Assembly (NCBI RefSeq): GCF_033153115.1
Contig: NW_026889763.1
Coordinates: 15,128,001-15,192,000 of the forward strand
Length of the DNA: 64,000 bases
Reading direction: 5' to 3'
From: Saccostrea echinata
Taxonomy: Eukaryota
In this document: one piece after another, positions 28,967-42,695 of the stretch
Layout: each line of letters begins with the position of its first letter
Numbering within the stretch: position 1 is the stretch's first letter
Position numbers and translations under genes: made by a program
The notes under the pieces: generated by a model
The model's database searches: none
What the model was told of the DNA's origin: nothing
Seen by the model: the letters and a program-made list of their open reading frames with translations, nothing else

Positions 28967-30394
28967 TTAACGCATCGATAAGACTGTAAGTATGTTCGGT
29001 CCATACAGTCTTCATCCGATTTGCTTCTGACATCAGCGACAATAAAGCTCATAATTTTGTTGATTCATCATGATGTCTTATGAAAACATCAACGTCTAGA
29101 TACTCCATATTCTCTCTGCCAGTAAAATAGCACAATCATTGTCCTTTTAGATTTCTGTCCCATTTCTGTTTTCTGTGATGAGCCTCTTCTATATATTGTT
29201 GATTTATAAATAAGGAAATCCTTCTAAGTTCCCTTTGTTTTCTGTGTCCAAAATGGCCCTGACCAAAACTTCAGAAATATTCGAACATATGTCCACTTTG
29301 AATTCAAAATTTATTATCTTGACAATCCTAATCTCAAAATCCAAAAAAAAAATCACTTTAGAATGACATCAGTATTACTAAAATTGCTCATCGTAACTGA
29401 ATTTGTTCTGCATCAGGAAAATACAAGAAGACATGCTTTCAACACTCAAAATCACAAAAATTGTGTTCGAATCCCATACCTTTTGTTAGATATTCTTTAT
29501 TCAGTTAAAAATAGCACTTACCTGCAACTGTCCACTAAGTTAACAATTACAATTGTTTTTTATTGTAAACAATCCCTTAACCTGACAATCCAAAACGTAG
29601 ACAATGCCATACCTCCTACAATGGATGAGAAACAATTCTGTTATGAAAACAATAAGGTAAATGTTTTAGTAGTTTATAAGTCTCAATTGTCTAATCTGGA
29701 AGAAAAAAAGAAGTATTATGGGGTCTAACCCCCTCCCCCATTCTTTCTACTCACAGAATGGACAGATCTCGGCCTATGATTTATATAAAGCCTACCTTTA
29801 GTATCCCTGGAATCATAAGGATTATACTAAAAGTATAAGAACACTTCATGGTGCTGAATACATTTCTTGGTTTCCCCGGCTGATGAAAAGTACAAATACT
29901 AGTGAAAAATATAAAGGATTAGAAAAATGATTTTTTTTAAACTAAAGCTGATATGAAAGTACACCACTTTATCTCTCTGTTCTGCAGTGTACATATTCAT
30001 ATCTTTCTAATCCCTACATCTGATGTTGAAGTCAACAGTACTGATATCACAGACGTTAACATCAAGGTTAGTTTATCTACAAGGTCAATAAATTAAAATC
30101 TCTAATAATAAAGTATATAGAATACTAAAGGATTAATTTTCATTTGGTTTCTAGACCTTCCTCATCCAATATGATTGACGGAGCCAATAAGTATGTTGTA
30201 TATCTAACTGTAAACATATACAGGATGTTAGTCACCGTGTGATCAAACACAATTTACCATTTTCAAAATTTTCAGTTTTGGTTAAAAGAGAAACAACAAA
30301 ATGTCAAGGTGTTTCCAGAAATCATCATTAAATTGACACATTCTGAAAACACAGGAATTCGACTAGTAAAATAACCTGGATTTGATGGGGAAGC

Positions 30395-30397
<3 letters not shown>

Positions 30398-30431
<34 letters not shown>
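30398..30431. repeat. (TA)n microsatellite
   Basis: Perfect TA run. Confidence 0.9.
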
Positions 30432-30434
<3 letters not shown>

Positions 30435-32766
30435 CTTTCTTAACTTTTTAAAGGAAAAAGTGTCACAGAATTGAACACAAAAGTCGAAAACCTCATGAGC
30501 CAAATTTGTTTTCAGATAATAACTAAATACTCCCGAACATACGTACAAGAATTAATTTTCTCCCAAAATGAGATTTCTGTTTTCGTATTCATTGTAGTAT
30601 ATATGTATTGAAAATGTTATTTGTACTTTAAATGATTAAAACCTCGAGAGGAAAGAATCTAAAAGTAGTCTGTCATGTACCTACAGGTGGGTACATTTGT
30701 CAGGTTTAGGACAGAATCAACTTTGATTGGCTGCAGCCAGTTACAAAAAATTAAGTTATTAAAATTTAAGAATTAAAAGCTTAGATATATGTATTTTAAG
30801 TTTTCTATATTTCACAATATCACTTCTTCCATGTACTATTTAAACTAGTATGTTCGACAGGCGTGTCCACATAAAAACAAAACGAAATGCTTCAATGCAT
30901 AGATAGACATGCACGTGACTTACCAGATTACTACGAGAGAGAGTACTTTACATTTCCTCAACTTTCTAACAATTTTTTGTGTATCTCCAACTTACATGAA
31001 TCAACAACTCTCTCTCTCTCCTCTCTCTCTCTCGTACATACGTTAACGGTAGTGAATCCTGTCTGAATCCTCGCTTGCTGCATTCTACATTCAATCTAAT
31101 TTACGGAAAATCTTTATACGTTTTCTAGTCATCACCCTTTAATTCACCTACAATTTTTAAAATCATTTCATCTCATTTTTTTCACAGTGAACAAACAAAT
31201 CCATGATTACTGTACACAAATTACTTATAATGATTAGTGTTTATAACCTAGGTCCCAGTAATATTTCAAACGTATCCCCAAAATAATATTTTGCATTTAC
31301 ATACTAGTATATGTCATTTAGAGAGTGATATTGGAATAAGAGACGAATACCCGCCTCCCCCCCCCCCCCCCCACCCCGACAGAAAACTAAAAAGTCTTAT
31401 ACCAGTATATCAAATAGAGAAAATTATTTTTTAATGCAAAATATGAATAGAGGAATGTTTAGACATAGTAAACTAACCTTAAATAGTTCTAATTATATGT
31501 TTAAGAAAGTTAAGACATACTTAAGTCACCTCTACCGACCGCCTAAGTTTTGCTAAGATTGTCAAATCTTAGCACGTTTCTAGTTACGGTCTTAAGTTTA
31601 AAACTATACTTAAGTCCTACTTAAGCATGGTCTTAGACTTAAGTACCCTTTATGTTACGACCCCCTTGATCCTAAGTAAAACATTGTCGGCGTTGTACGG
31701 TGAACGTAGGTCTACGCTTTGAAATCAGCTGGAAAAGTGCTGTGTGGTCAGTTTTAATGCTTCTCTTCATCATGTCATGGTCATTTTGCTTGACCCCGAA
31801 CAAAGGTGTACATGCAGCTGGTATAGGGCTGTCTATAAAATATCTTTGTTTGTCGTTTTAAACATCGGGAGTTTTTGTTGTTGTTGTTGCTGTTTATTTT
31901 TTTATTTTTCAAATCTAATGAATTGTTTTCAAACTCGCATCAAAGTAAACTCATAAAAACCTATTACATAAATGCTTTGATACGGTACTATATTTAATGA
32001 TCGATGACAAACACAACTTAAGTCACAGGTCTCAGAAGTGACACAAAATTATCTGATTTATCTTCTTAGCCATTTTTAATTCAAAATAAATGTATTTCAG
32101 GCAAAATTGCTGAAAAGAAAAAAAGGATTAATTGTTTTTACTATTATTACTTTTTTCAAAAATTATTTTAGATCCTTTTTTAAAAGTAATACAATAAGTA
32201 AAAGGATATAAGAATAAAAGTATAAATAAACTTTTGGGTAATTTAATTTTTTAGTCGGGCGGGCGATGGCAAACGAACAATTCTTTCTTTTTAGCCTAAA
32301 ATAGGACGTTGTTGTTTGTCTCTATTTGGAAAATATTTGCGGGAAACGGGTTTGACTTTTTTGATACCCGAATTTTTAAAACAAGTCACCTTGATCTAAA
32401 TATAAATGAAGATGTTAATGCGTTTGACCTAGCAGTCCACTTTCGTCCCAAATTTACCAAAGCTTTATATTCTAGTTTGAAAATTGCACATGCTTTGTTG
32501 TCACACAAGTTTATTTAAAATAAAACCATATACTTGTACTTAGGAACTAATAAGGAAGCCAAAGATAAAAACAAACACACAAAACCCAAAATCAATCTTT
32601 AAAAATTGGGGGGAAAGAAAGATCCTTAGCTATAGGCATCTGTATTAAAAAAAAAATAACTAAATTTACATCAATATTAAATTAATGGAATTTTTATAAA
32701 TACAAATATCTGTAAATTGAAATGTTTAATGTATTAAATTTCTATAGCAATATTTCTATTAATAAC

Positions 32767-32925
32767 ATGACAGCAAGCCACGTGTTTTAATCCTCAACCA
32801 CTTCTACAAATTTAACTTATGACAGCAAGCCACATGTTTTAATCCTGAACCACTCCAACAAATTTAACTTATGAGAGCAAGCCGCGGGTTTTAATTCTCA
32901 CACCACTCCTACAAATTTAACTTAT
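32767..32925 (+). repeat. About 52-bp tandem repeat, 3 copies
   Basis: ATGACAGCAAGCCACGTGTTTTAATCCTCAACCACTTCTACAAATTTAACTT repeated. Confidence 0.85.
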
Positions 32926-32999
32926 GGCTGAGTCAGAATTAGTTCATGTCCGTTTAACCATATGGTTTCATCTCATGGCGCTGTTATTATATTACACAA

Positions 33000-33940
33000 G
33001 AATCAGTCCATTTTCATCAGGAAATAGAATAAGAATGTTTTTTAACAAAGTAATTTTGTAGATGACCAATCACAAGATACTAAGATTTACAAGTTCTACT
33101 TTTTATAGAATGAAGCAGTGATATGTGATATCAAAAAACCTGCTCCTTACTTTGTCATTAGGAATGGTTTTGTAAAGCGTAGAAAAGTTTATTGATGTTA
33201 GAAAAGTTTTGAGATTTTAATTTTTTTAATGAACTATGAAGATAAAGAACCAGTAATCAAGCTCAAAACTCCACTGGGACAATACAATATGGGAGCAGAG
33301 CAAACACAGACCTCTAAAACAGTGGAATCAGGTGCCACGAAGGAGTAATCCTCCCCTGTCAAACGGTCACAACCGCCGTGTGCTCCTTTTCACGATTGAG
33401 TAAACGAAAAAAATCCGTAGGCAATTCAGTGTGAAGATAGTGGCCTAACAGTTTGTATGAAAAACGGCAGCCGATTTTGGTCTTTACGAAAGATAGAATT
33501 TTCGAAATATTGACCTTAAACGACACTGCTGATATCCTTGTATCATCAACTTATTTGTCAGAAGGTTGTCTTGTTTTAGAAATTGTTTGTACCTAGATGA
33601 TGCTCTATAGTATCGAAACAACTAGGAGACATATACTTAATATGCAGGTGATAATGGTATATTGCTACACAATTAAGGGAAGTCATCACGTTTATTATGA
33701 AGTTTTGTTTTTAGTTTGCCATAAATGTCTTTCTCTAGTAAAATATCCAAATATAAAACAGATTTTTCAGACTCCGTTGTCTTTTATTTCGAGTTCAAAG
33801 GGATATATCGAATCAACGTAGGAACGAAAATGAATATTATTCATTTAAAACGTCGTCGATATATCTAATTGTCCAAATGAAGGTCATAGCAAGAGATCTT
33901 TTCATGTAGAAGATTTTGAATATATTAGCCTCAAAGTCAA
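33000..33940 (-). mobile_element. Degenerate Penelope-like RT remnants
   Basis: RYIDDVL on minus near 33847-33867, [10 protein letters not shown], and the 3' motif at 33300-33385. Confidence 0.7.
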
Positions 33941-34134
33941 CTTTTTGGGGATTTAAATTTTGGTCGAAAACTCCAGGTCCGACTAAATAACGAGTCTTAG
34001 AAGCATCGATATTTTTCTGGAAGAGGAAATATAGGAATTTTGCAGCAACTCCAATGATAATTCCTTATAAAGATCGAAACTTATTCTGAAGATTCTTTAA
34101 TGCAAGGAAAGGAAAATCTTAGATTACCATATAA

Positions 34135-35595
34135 AAACAAGAGGCTCATGGGCCAAATTGCTCACCTGAGCACATTAGCTAGGAAAAAGCACATATCAGT
34201 TCAGTTTTGAAAAGTTTACATGGGGAAGGGGGAACTTGAATTTTAAACTATCTGAGGATGCTTCCTTATCAATATAACAAATGGCTTTGCTGTTCTTGAG
34301 CAGAAGATTTTTAAAGATCTTTTTCCTATATATTCCTTTGTAAAAATTTGATCCCCCATTGTGGCCCTCCCTATCCCAAGGGGGGGGGGGTCATCATTTG
34401 AACAACCTTGAATCTACACTAACTGAGGATGTTTCCATATAAATATGATTAAACATGGCTTTTCTGTTCTTGAGAAGAATATTTTTGCCTAATATATTCC
34501 TATGCAGAACTTTGATCCCCCATTGTGGTCCCATCCTAACCCTTACCCCCCGGGGGAGTGGTCATCATTTGAACAAACTTGAATCTACACTACCTGAGGA
34601 TGCTTTTTTTTTTACTATATATAAGTTTTTCCCTATGTATTCCTATGTAAAACTTTGATCCCCCATTGTTGTCACCCGGGGGTCATGATTTGAACAAACT
34701 TGAATCTACATACCTGAGAAGTGAGAATGCTTCAATGAAATATATGGACATAACGAACAGTATTCAAGCTCAAAAGTCCATTATACAATACAAAATAGGA
34801 GCAGAGCAAACACGGACCTCCAAACATCAGAGGTGGGATCAGGTGCCATGGAGGAGTGAGCATCCCCTGCCGACCGGTCACACCCGCCGTGTGCTCCTTG
34901 TCATGATCGGGAAATAACGGAAAAATCCGTCGACAATTCAGTGTGTAAATAATGGCCTAACAATTAGTATGAAAAACGTCAGTCAGCATTTGACCCAATG
35001 ATAAATTGTATTTGCTGACAAGGTCATTGTATCGACCATAGAACTTACGAAATGATGACTTTAAACGAGACAGCTGATATTCTTGTTTCATCAACTTATT
35101 TGTCAATAATTTGCCTCGTTTTAGAAATTGTACATACGTAGAGCATGCTCTTGCGTATCGAATCAACGGAGAGATATATACCCCGTATGCAGGTGATGAA
35201 GGTATATTGCTGCATAAGTAAGGGAAGTTGACGATTGAAAAGTTAAAGTCATCACGTTTATCATAAAGCTTGGTTGTTAGATTACCACTAACATCAATAT
35301 TACTTAACATGGCTTTGTTGTTCTTGAGAAGAAGATTTTTAAAGTTTTTTTTCCCTACATGTTCCTATGTAAAACTTTGATCCTCCATTGTGGCCCCACC
35401 TTACCACACGGGGATCATCAATTAAACAAATTTTAATCTACACTAGCTGAAATTGCTTCCATATAAATATGACTAAACTTGGCTTTGCTGTTCTTGAGAA
35501 GCAGATTTTTAAAGATTTTTTTCTATATGCTCCTATGAAAAACTTTGATCTCCCAATGTGGCCCCACCCAACCCCCGGGGGTCATGATTTGAAGT
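34135..35595 (-). mobile_element. HINE of the 13375-16102 family (3' part), interrupted by an RT fragment
   Basis: Reverse complement of the 3' end (GAGGCTCATGGGCC..GCTCACCTGAGC) and of 166-bp monomers on both sides of 34745-35307. Confidence 0.75.
34745..35307 (-). mobile_element. 5'-truncated Penelope-like retroelement: open RT C-terminus plus 3' UTR
   Basis: ORF 34957-35310 TKLYDKRDDFNFSIVNFPYLCSNIPSSPAYGVYIS.LIRYARACS; stops with no downstream endonuclease; followed by the conserved 3' motif. Confidence 0.8.
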
Positions 35596-35849
35596 TTGAA
35601 GTTCTTATAGAATTTGAAGGTTTAAATTGTTAATAAAAGATCAAATATAGATGCCATACCCCAAACAAGCACAGGTAAATACAACAGAATATTGATCTGA
35701 AATTGGCAACAGATTCTGGCAAAAAACTATTTTGACTTATAAGCAGGTCAATAGCAAATTCCTTCAAAATAATCTGAAAAAAATACAACCGACTTATAAG
35801 CGAACCGGCTTACATACAAGTATGTTCTGTAAATTCTGTTTTATATAAA

Positions 35850-37210
35850 TCCAGAAACTGGTCTGCTAATAACAAAGGCGGAATTAGTACCATGGAAATT
35901 CCGGCAGATTGTTGGAAGACTTGATCTCCAAAAACTACTGAAATTGTCAATCACAAACTCAAGCATCTTTTCAATATTAACTTGGAGTACATATGTGTAC
36001 AATCAGAATGTTTTTTAACAAAATAATTTTTTTCAAATGAGCAAGGGCAAGGAATGTAAATTAACAAGCTCCATTTTTATTGAAAAAGCAGTTGACTATG
36101 ATGTCAAAAAGTTTGTACTTTAATTTATCGTGGGGAATGGTCGTAAAAAGTGTTCAAAAGTCTTACGTTTTGATACTGTTAATTTTGATAAAATTTTGTG
36201 AGTTCAAATTTTCTAAAACTTCCTTTGAGTTTTTAAATATCCACATCTGATTAATACAACTTCTAGAATATGTTGTTGTACGGTACCCTTGAAGTTTCTC
36301 CTTCACTACTTAACTACAATGAAATAAATGGAAATACGAACAGTATTCAAGTCCATCTAAGCAATACAAATCAGGAGCAGAGCAAACACTGACCTCTAAA
36401 ACATCAGAGATGGGATCAGGTGCCATGGAGGAGTGAGCATCCCCTGCCGACCGAAATTAAAGTATTACGTTTATCAGAAAGCTTAGTAGTTCGGTTACCA
36501 TTTATGTTTTTTTCTAGTAAAATATCCAAATATGAAACAAATGTATCAGACTCTGTGATATCTTTTATTTCAAACTCAGCAGGATGTATCGTGTCGATAA
36601 ATGATATTATCTAAATATCGAGTTGAAGGCCAAAGCAAGTTTTTTTTTCTCTTCTCAGTATTAGATTTTGAATAAATTCTGCTTCATATGAATACAAAAT
36701 AGGTCTGCTAATAAGGGGGCGCAATTGGTACCCATGGGATTTTCAACAGCTTTTTTGGTAGACCTGGTCTCCAAAAACCACATATATATTGTCAATCAAA
36801 AATTCAAGAATCTTTTAATATAAACTTCAGGGTACTTGTGTGTACAATCAAAATGTTTTTAACAAAATAATTCTGCAAATTACTAATGATAAGGTAAGTA
36901 AATTTACGAGTTCCATTTTTATTAAAAAAGCAGCTGTCGATGATGTCAAAAAGACTGAAGTTTAATTTATCATGGGGAATGGTTGTATATAGAGTTGAAG
37001 AGTCGTAAGTTTTGATGTTATTGATTTTAGTAAAATTTTGTTATTTCAAATTTTCTTAAAATTCCTTCGATCTTTCACGAATCCACATCTGATTTACACC
37101 ACTTCCCGAATAAATTGTTGCACAGTACTCCTGAAGTTTTTCCTTCATTGCTGTTAATATATTAGTGAGGAGTAAAGAAAGAAGCTTGGTAGAACATATA
37201 CTGGAACTGG
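35850..37210 (-). mobile_element. Two degenerate Penelope-like RT remnants (about 35850-36320 and 36330-37210)
   Basis: GVNQMWI, IKTYDSSTLYTTIPHDKL, EFLIDNIYVVFG, PMGTNCAPLLADL and YEAEFIQ motifs with frameshifts. Confidence 0.75.
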
Positions 37211-38156
37211 TTATGTATCTTTGTATAAGGATTTTTATAAAGTTTTGGAATACAAAAAAGATATGGTAATTCAAATTCAATATTGTTGTTAGGAATATTA
37301 AAAGTATTTAAAACTGACATATGATTTTGAAAAATTTCCTCCTTAGAAAGGGAGCTATGGGTATAAGTTGGATTACCACTTTATAATAATAAATCTGTGA
37401 ATACATTTTTAGAAAATAAGTTCAAATTTGGTTATTTGAAATATATGTATATGCAATCAAAAATTTAAAAGAAATGGCGCTGATGGGACCTAAATATGCA
37501 TTCATATATAATGTGAACTGTTTTTCTTAATTCCAAGATCAATTCTAACGGGATTTCTCGATTAATGCAAAAATGATAATCATGTATCATTTGAAACAGA
37601 AATGTATATAACATGTATATTTTGTACTTTTTATAGTGAATTTTTCATTTGAAATTCATTCATTTGATGATACATGTATACATTAAATCTTAACTATGGC
37701 ACATTCAAACGACAAAATATACAAATAGAAATCATAGAATACAAACATAATATCATAGAGTATAAAAATTATTTATGAAACACACATACAAATGTAACTG
37801 GGAAATTATAATATACAGACATAACAAATAAATATAAATTGCTACATAATGATTAAAAATAATACAGGATACGTATCATTATTTTTTTTAAATGTCCAAT
37901 GTATGTGAAAGCCCGAAAAGAATTTTTCAATAAATTCTGATATTTAATACGATTCAGATATACTTGTCTTATTATTGGGGATAAATTCATTGAGTGTTGA
38001 ATGAACATATTATCTTTTGTTCAAACATTTAATAAACATTCTGGTTAGATAAATATTGATAAATATACCGATATATGTATATTCGAAAAAAATATGTATG
38101 TACATGTATCTACGAAATGCATTGAAATGTCAATTTTGCAAATATTGTTTACTTCA

Positions 38157-38284
38157 NNNNNNNNNNNNNNNNNNNNNNNNNNNNNNNNNNNNNNNNNNNN
38201 NNNNNNNNNNNNNNNNNNNNNNNNNNNNNNNNNNNNNNNNNNNNNNNNNNNNNNNNNNNNNNNNNNNNNNNNNNNNNNNNNNNN
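38157..38284. other. Assembly gap (128 N)
   Basis: Run of n. Confidence 1.
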
Positions 38285-38501
38285 GTTTTAAGGACTTGTG
38301 CCCAATCCCTTTGTAATTATAAATTACAATAAAATATGTTCAAACAAAAAAATAATGGACTTCATTTCTATTACTTACATTGATACATAGATAGATAAAG
38401 AAAATACACCTTTGTATTTGGGGATGACATGTTCAGGTTCATAAAAATATTGATATGGTCATGTGAGGCAAGTTGCCTCGTGGTTTTATATGATATATAA
38501 C

Positions 38502-39788
38502 CAGGGGCACGTTTTACAAAAGAACTTAAGATTAAAGCCATGATGTACGAGGGTTGTCCGGTAAAATCGTGGACAAAGCGTTTTTCTCGAAAAATAATGG
38601 GCACACTTAGCTGAAATTTTCAGCAAATGTTTATTCATCATATTTAAGTGCATCTTAATATTTTTGATAAAATATAGACAAAAATAAAGATTTTATTATG
38701 CTTGAATGTTCACAGGGTACGGTCCTACGGCGCACGATCAAAAAACCAGGGTTTCTTTAGCGAATACACGAGTATTATTTCGAAATAAAAGTATTAAATA
38801 GATAAGACTGGGGTAAAAATTATCCTATTTTTAATCCATTATCTATTATTTCGTCTTTTGTAAAATATCAAGGCATTTGCTTAATTTTTGGCGGTTTCCC
38901 AAGCATTTGAAATTGGATAGTGGTAAACGCAACACACGAAAAATGGCGACGTTTGGTGACGTTACGGCGCACCTTAGAGCAGTTCAGTTTGATTTAGATG
39001 TAGTAATGACGCCCCAAGAAACTTTAAATGACAACAGAAGAAAATATATATAAAAATATCACTAGATCTTTGGTATACAAGTGAAATTGGAGATTTCTAA
39101 GCGGAAGCTTTTGATCGGGTCCCCGAGTTTCTGTGATTTGAACATATTTTATTGTAATAATACATACAAAAGGATTGGATACAAGTTCTTTCAACTTAAT
39201 AAATCCTCTCCTTATTATACAAACAATGAATACAATATGATTGTCATAATAAATAAATTGAGATAATTTACGAAAATTTATGTCCCCGGGTAGAATGAAA
39301 CATACGAACAAATAGCTACTGGCAAGAGCAGAAGACGCTGTCACTGTAGATCGTCGATATAAGATAGCCTATTTAGTGGAATGATAGTGAGAGTACTGTC
39401 CATAACTTACTAAAAAGTCTTCAGAAGGTCCCATGTGTGTACGAGATTGGTTCCTCGACTGTTTATGGAGGAATAAAGAGGAAATCAAGTTTGTGCATCA
39501 ATGAAATCCCCGAATTTAAGTGGGGCTTATCCAACTTTAATTTAGCAAAGAGGAAACGTGACCCTGCTTTAGACACTTTGACGTTATCATCCGTGCGCCG
39601 TAAGGCGATACCACACATACCATAAAGTCTGATGTTTTGTTTATTTGAGCAGATATCTATTTGAAATTTGCTACTTATATTGATGAAAAATGTACTATAA
39701 AGTAGTGAAAGTTTTAGAACTCAGTGATGATTATTTTTCAATCTAGACAACTTGTCCACGATTTTACCGGACAACCCTCGTAATTTTG

Positions 39789-39858
<70 letters not shown>

Positions 39859-40019
39859 ACAATTCTACATTAGTTTGGAAATGGTTTAATCTTTTTTAAA
39901 AAGCATTTAGAAAGTATGCAAGCAATTCTTAAAACAAATCATTAATTTTGCAAGATTTTACAATCAACTAAGTTTTTGGTCTTAGTAGTAAGTTTTTATT
40001 TTGCAAAAACAGGCCCCTG
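38502..40019. mobile_element. Harbinger-like MITE hosting the mariner-type insertion
   Basis: Imperfect TIRs CAGGGGCACGTTTTACAAAA / TTTTGCAAAAACAGGCCCCTG. Confidence 0.5.
38548..39780. mobile_element. Non-autonomous Tc1/mariner element, 1233 bp
   Basis: Perfect 29-bp TIR CGAGGGTTGTCCGGTAAAATCGTGGACAA, TA target duplication, no transposase ORF. Confidence 0.9.
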
Positions 40020-40169
40020 AATGGCAAAGGTCTTGAGAAAAATAGAGAGCCACTTCACCAAACGTTGGAGATCAAATTATCTAAAATGTAATTATATGAT
40101 TGCAAGGAAACACTTTCATCTTCAGTTTTTAAAAGGACATTTATCGTGTGTGCTAATAGATATCTATTG

Positions 40170-40408
40170 GGCCAACCTTGAAAAAAATGTTTGCCTGCCC
40201 TCTCCCGACCCAGGATGAAAAAAAAATGAATCGGTAGGTAGGTGGGAATTTTTTTCCTGAAAAATTTCAACATCAGTGCTGAATTTCAGAGATATATTTC
40301 CTGGAATGCATGAAAAAAAATTGCTTCCTGGAGGTTAAAAAGAGTTTTGAGACGGGCCATTTCTAGCCAGTCGGTCGAGAGAGGGCAACCATTTTTATAA
40401 AGATGGCC
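40170..40408. mobile_element. Small Harbinger-like MITE
   Basis: GGCCA...TGGCC ends with imperfect about 40-bp TIR; TTG on both sides. Confidence 0.6.
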
Positions 40409-40484
40409 TTGATGTATGTGTGTATAGGTAAGGCTAAGGGGCAATAGATACGACATTTAATATGATAATTCACTAAATTGTTTT

Positions 40485-41362
40485 TTTAATTACTCTCGCT
40501 TCAAAAGCGGGAGTTATATAATGATGGATGTGTCTGTTGGTAACACTTAAGGGTTTCCATCTCTTATCCGTAACTCCTCCTATACCATTGAATAAAATTT
40601 AATGAGATTTTCACAGAATTTTTATTACAAAGTGTCATAGAGCACCTCCTATTTTTCGATTCGATCTGACAGATATTTTTGGTTTCCCACAGCAAAACCT
40701 GGAATTGCCGCTTTTTTTTTTTATAACGTTGGGTTACCAATCTCTTATATGCAACTCCTCTTATACAACTGGATAAAATTTAATGATAGTATTATTAACA
40801 GAATTTTTATTACATAATGCCACTAGGGATGCGCGATTTTATCGGTATACCGGTATATCGTGATTTTTTATTGCGTGATACCTATCGTGATACGGAGACT
40901 GAAATACCGGTTTTTGGTACATGATTATAAATTCCAGAAATTATTCATGCATTTGTTCAAACTATTAAATAACAATTACAGGAAGTGTAAAGAATGTTGA
41001 AAAAAGTTAAACAATGGCATCCAAACAAGGTTTATATTATAAAAATAAAAAAATGAAAAGTGAAGCAATGTTTTTATAGCATCTTTGTAAGGAATATTAC
41101 GGAAATTCATTGGAATTTGTTGTAAAAATTGTGTGTAAAAATATCACAATATTATTGTGATATTCTGGGAAAAAATCGTGATATATCACGATACGAAATT
41201 TTAGGCGATACCCATCCCTAAATGCCACTGTGCATTTCCTATTGTATGTTCTGATCACACAATATTTATGGTTTCCCATAGAAAAAAAAGACCTTGCCAA
41301 TATAGTCATACTCATTTTAGTCATTATTTTGTGAGCTCAGTGTTCACAGTGCCTCTAGTTTT
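40485..41362 (+). mobile_element. Degraded HINE-type element interrupted by an hAT MITE
   Basis: 5' hairpin ACTCTCGCTT..AAGCGGGAGT, two about 180-bp core repeats (CATCTCTTATCCGTAACTCCTCC), CTCTAGTT end. Confidence 0.45.
40824..41220. mobile_element. hAT MITE
   Basis: TIR TAGGGATG/CATCCCTA, perfect 8-bp TSD AATGCCAC, CGATA-rich subtermini. Confidence 0.9.
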
Positions 41363-42602
41363 ACCTAAGAATTGCATCTAGGTGGACAACAAAGATTAAA
41401 ATTTATTTTCCCGTGAACATTCTTACATGCAGCCGCCAAAATCAGAGATGAAATGGAAGTGCTATGAAATCGTCTAAACAAAAGCTATTTCAACTGCATA
41501 AAATCAATCAACTTTAACTTTTTCGGAAGGGTCAATTCTGCAGACTACGGAAGCGACAAAACAGCGCTATCACCAAGAATTAAGACCACATTAATTCGCC
41601 ATTCCTGTTTATTGACCACTCTAAATTAACTTTAGAATGACCTCTAAATGGTGTTAAAAGTCACCTAATGTCATTCAAGACTTTGAGACCCAAAAATCCA
41701 TAGTTTACCTAGGGTGATTAGGCGGAAACAACAGTAAATATCCTATTACTGGAAATCACATCAAAGACCCGCCGTATTACATGTATGATAAGATACGACC
41801 TTCAACTCATTTCAGGAATAAACATTCCTTTTAAAACAGAACATCACATTTATTTCATTAAAAATCAAAATGATACAATGATCAGGGGATGGGAACATTT
41901 TATTTTTTCATCCAAAAAAGTTTTTTTTAGGAAAATAAATTTTTATGATGTCCCTCGTTAAATATTTTATGATGAAGAATTTGCTTTCAAATTTCAGAAT
42001 TTTTTTTTCTAAGTTACAAACACTGAAATTATATCAAATATGAATGCCAATATGGTTGTACATGAACATTCATTAATAAATGATGCAGGAGCTTTATGTT
42101 CTTAAATACAACAAACCTGTCCAATGACAGTTTTCCTGTTTGATATAATACAATATACATCTATAGCACATCAAAAATTCTTTTGGTGCAATAAAATATT
42201 TTTTGGCGAACCATATTCGAAACCATAACTGTGTGGTCTAAAACGTAGAAGCTTGTAACCAAATTATGGTCTCTCAGCTATACAATAATATATGACCGCT
42301 TCCGTTTGGAAAAGAAAAGAAAAACAGGCAACTAAAAGATGGTAAAATCAGCCTGTATTGATAGCATATGAAATAATTCATATTAAGTTAAATATTAGTG
42401 AAGTCGTCGTTGTTTTTTTTTTTTAATTTCGAACATGGAGTGAATTCAATTAAAAATAATTTTGCCAAAGACAAAAAAAAAGATAGGTTCTTTAAAAATT
42501 AATCATAAAATACACCATGTATCCACAGTTCAAAATAGTAGAGAAAAGGAAAGTCCTAGATTGTATTTTCTTCTTGTCAGTAAAGAATTTTAAACCTCTC
42601 AT

Positions 42603-42670
42603 CCAATCAGATGTGACTATGATGATAATCTTTTATTATATAAATTCAGCAATCCCCGTGTTTTCTCCAT
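42603..42670 (+). promoter_or_regulatory. Putative core promoter of the MOXD1-like gene
   Basis: CCAAT at 42603, TATATAAA at 42637-42644, pyrimidine-rich Inr-like site about 30 nt downstream, ATG at 42696. Confidence 0.4.
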
Positions 42671-42695
42671 TTTCTGTTGATAACAGATTCCCATC

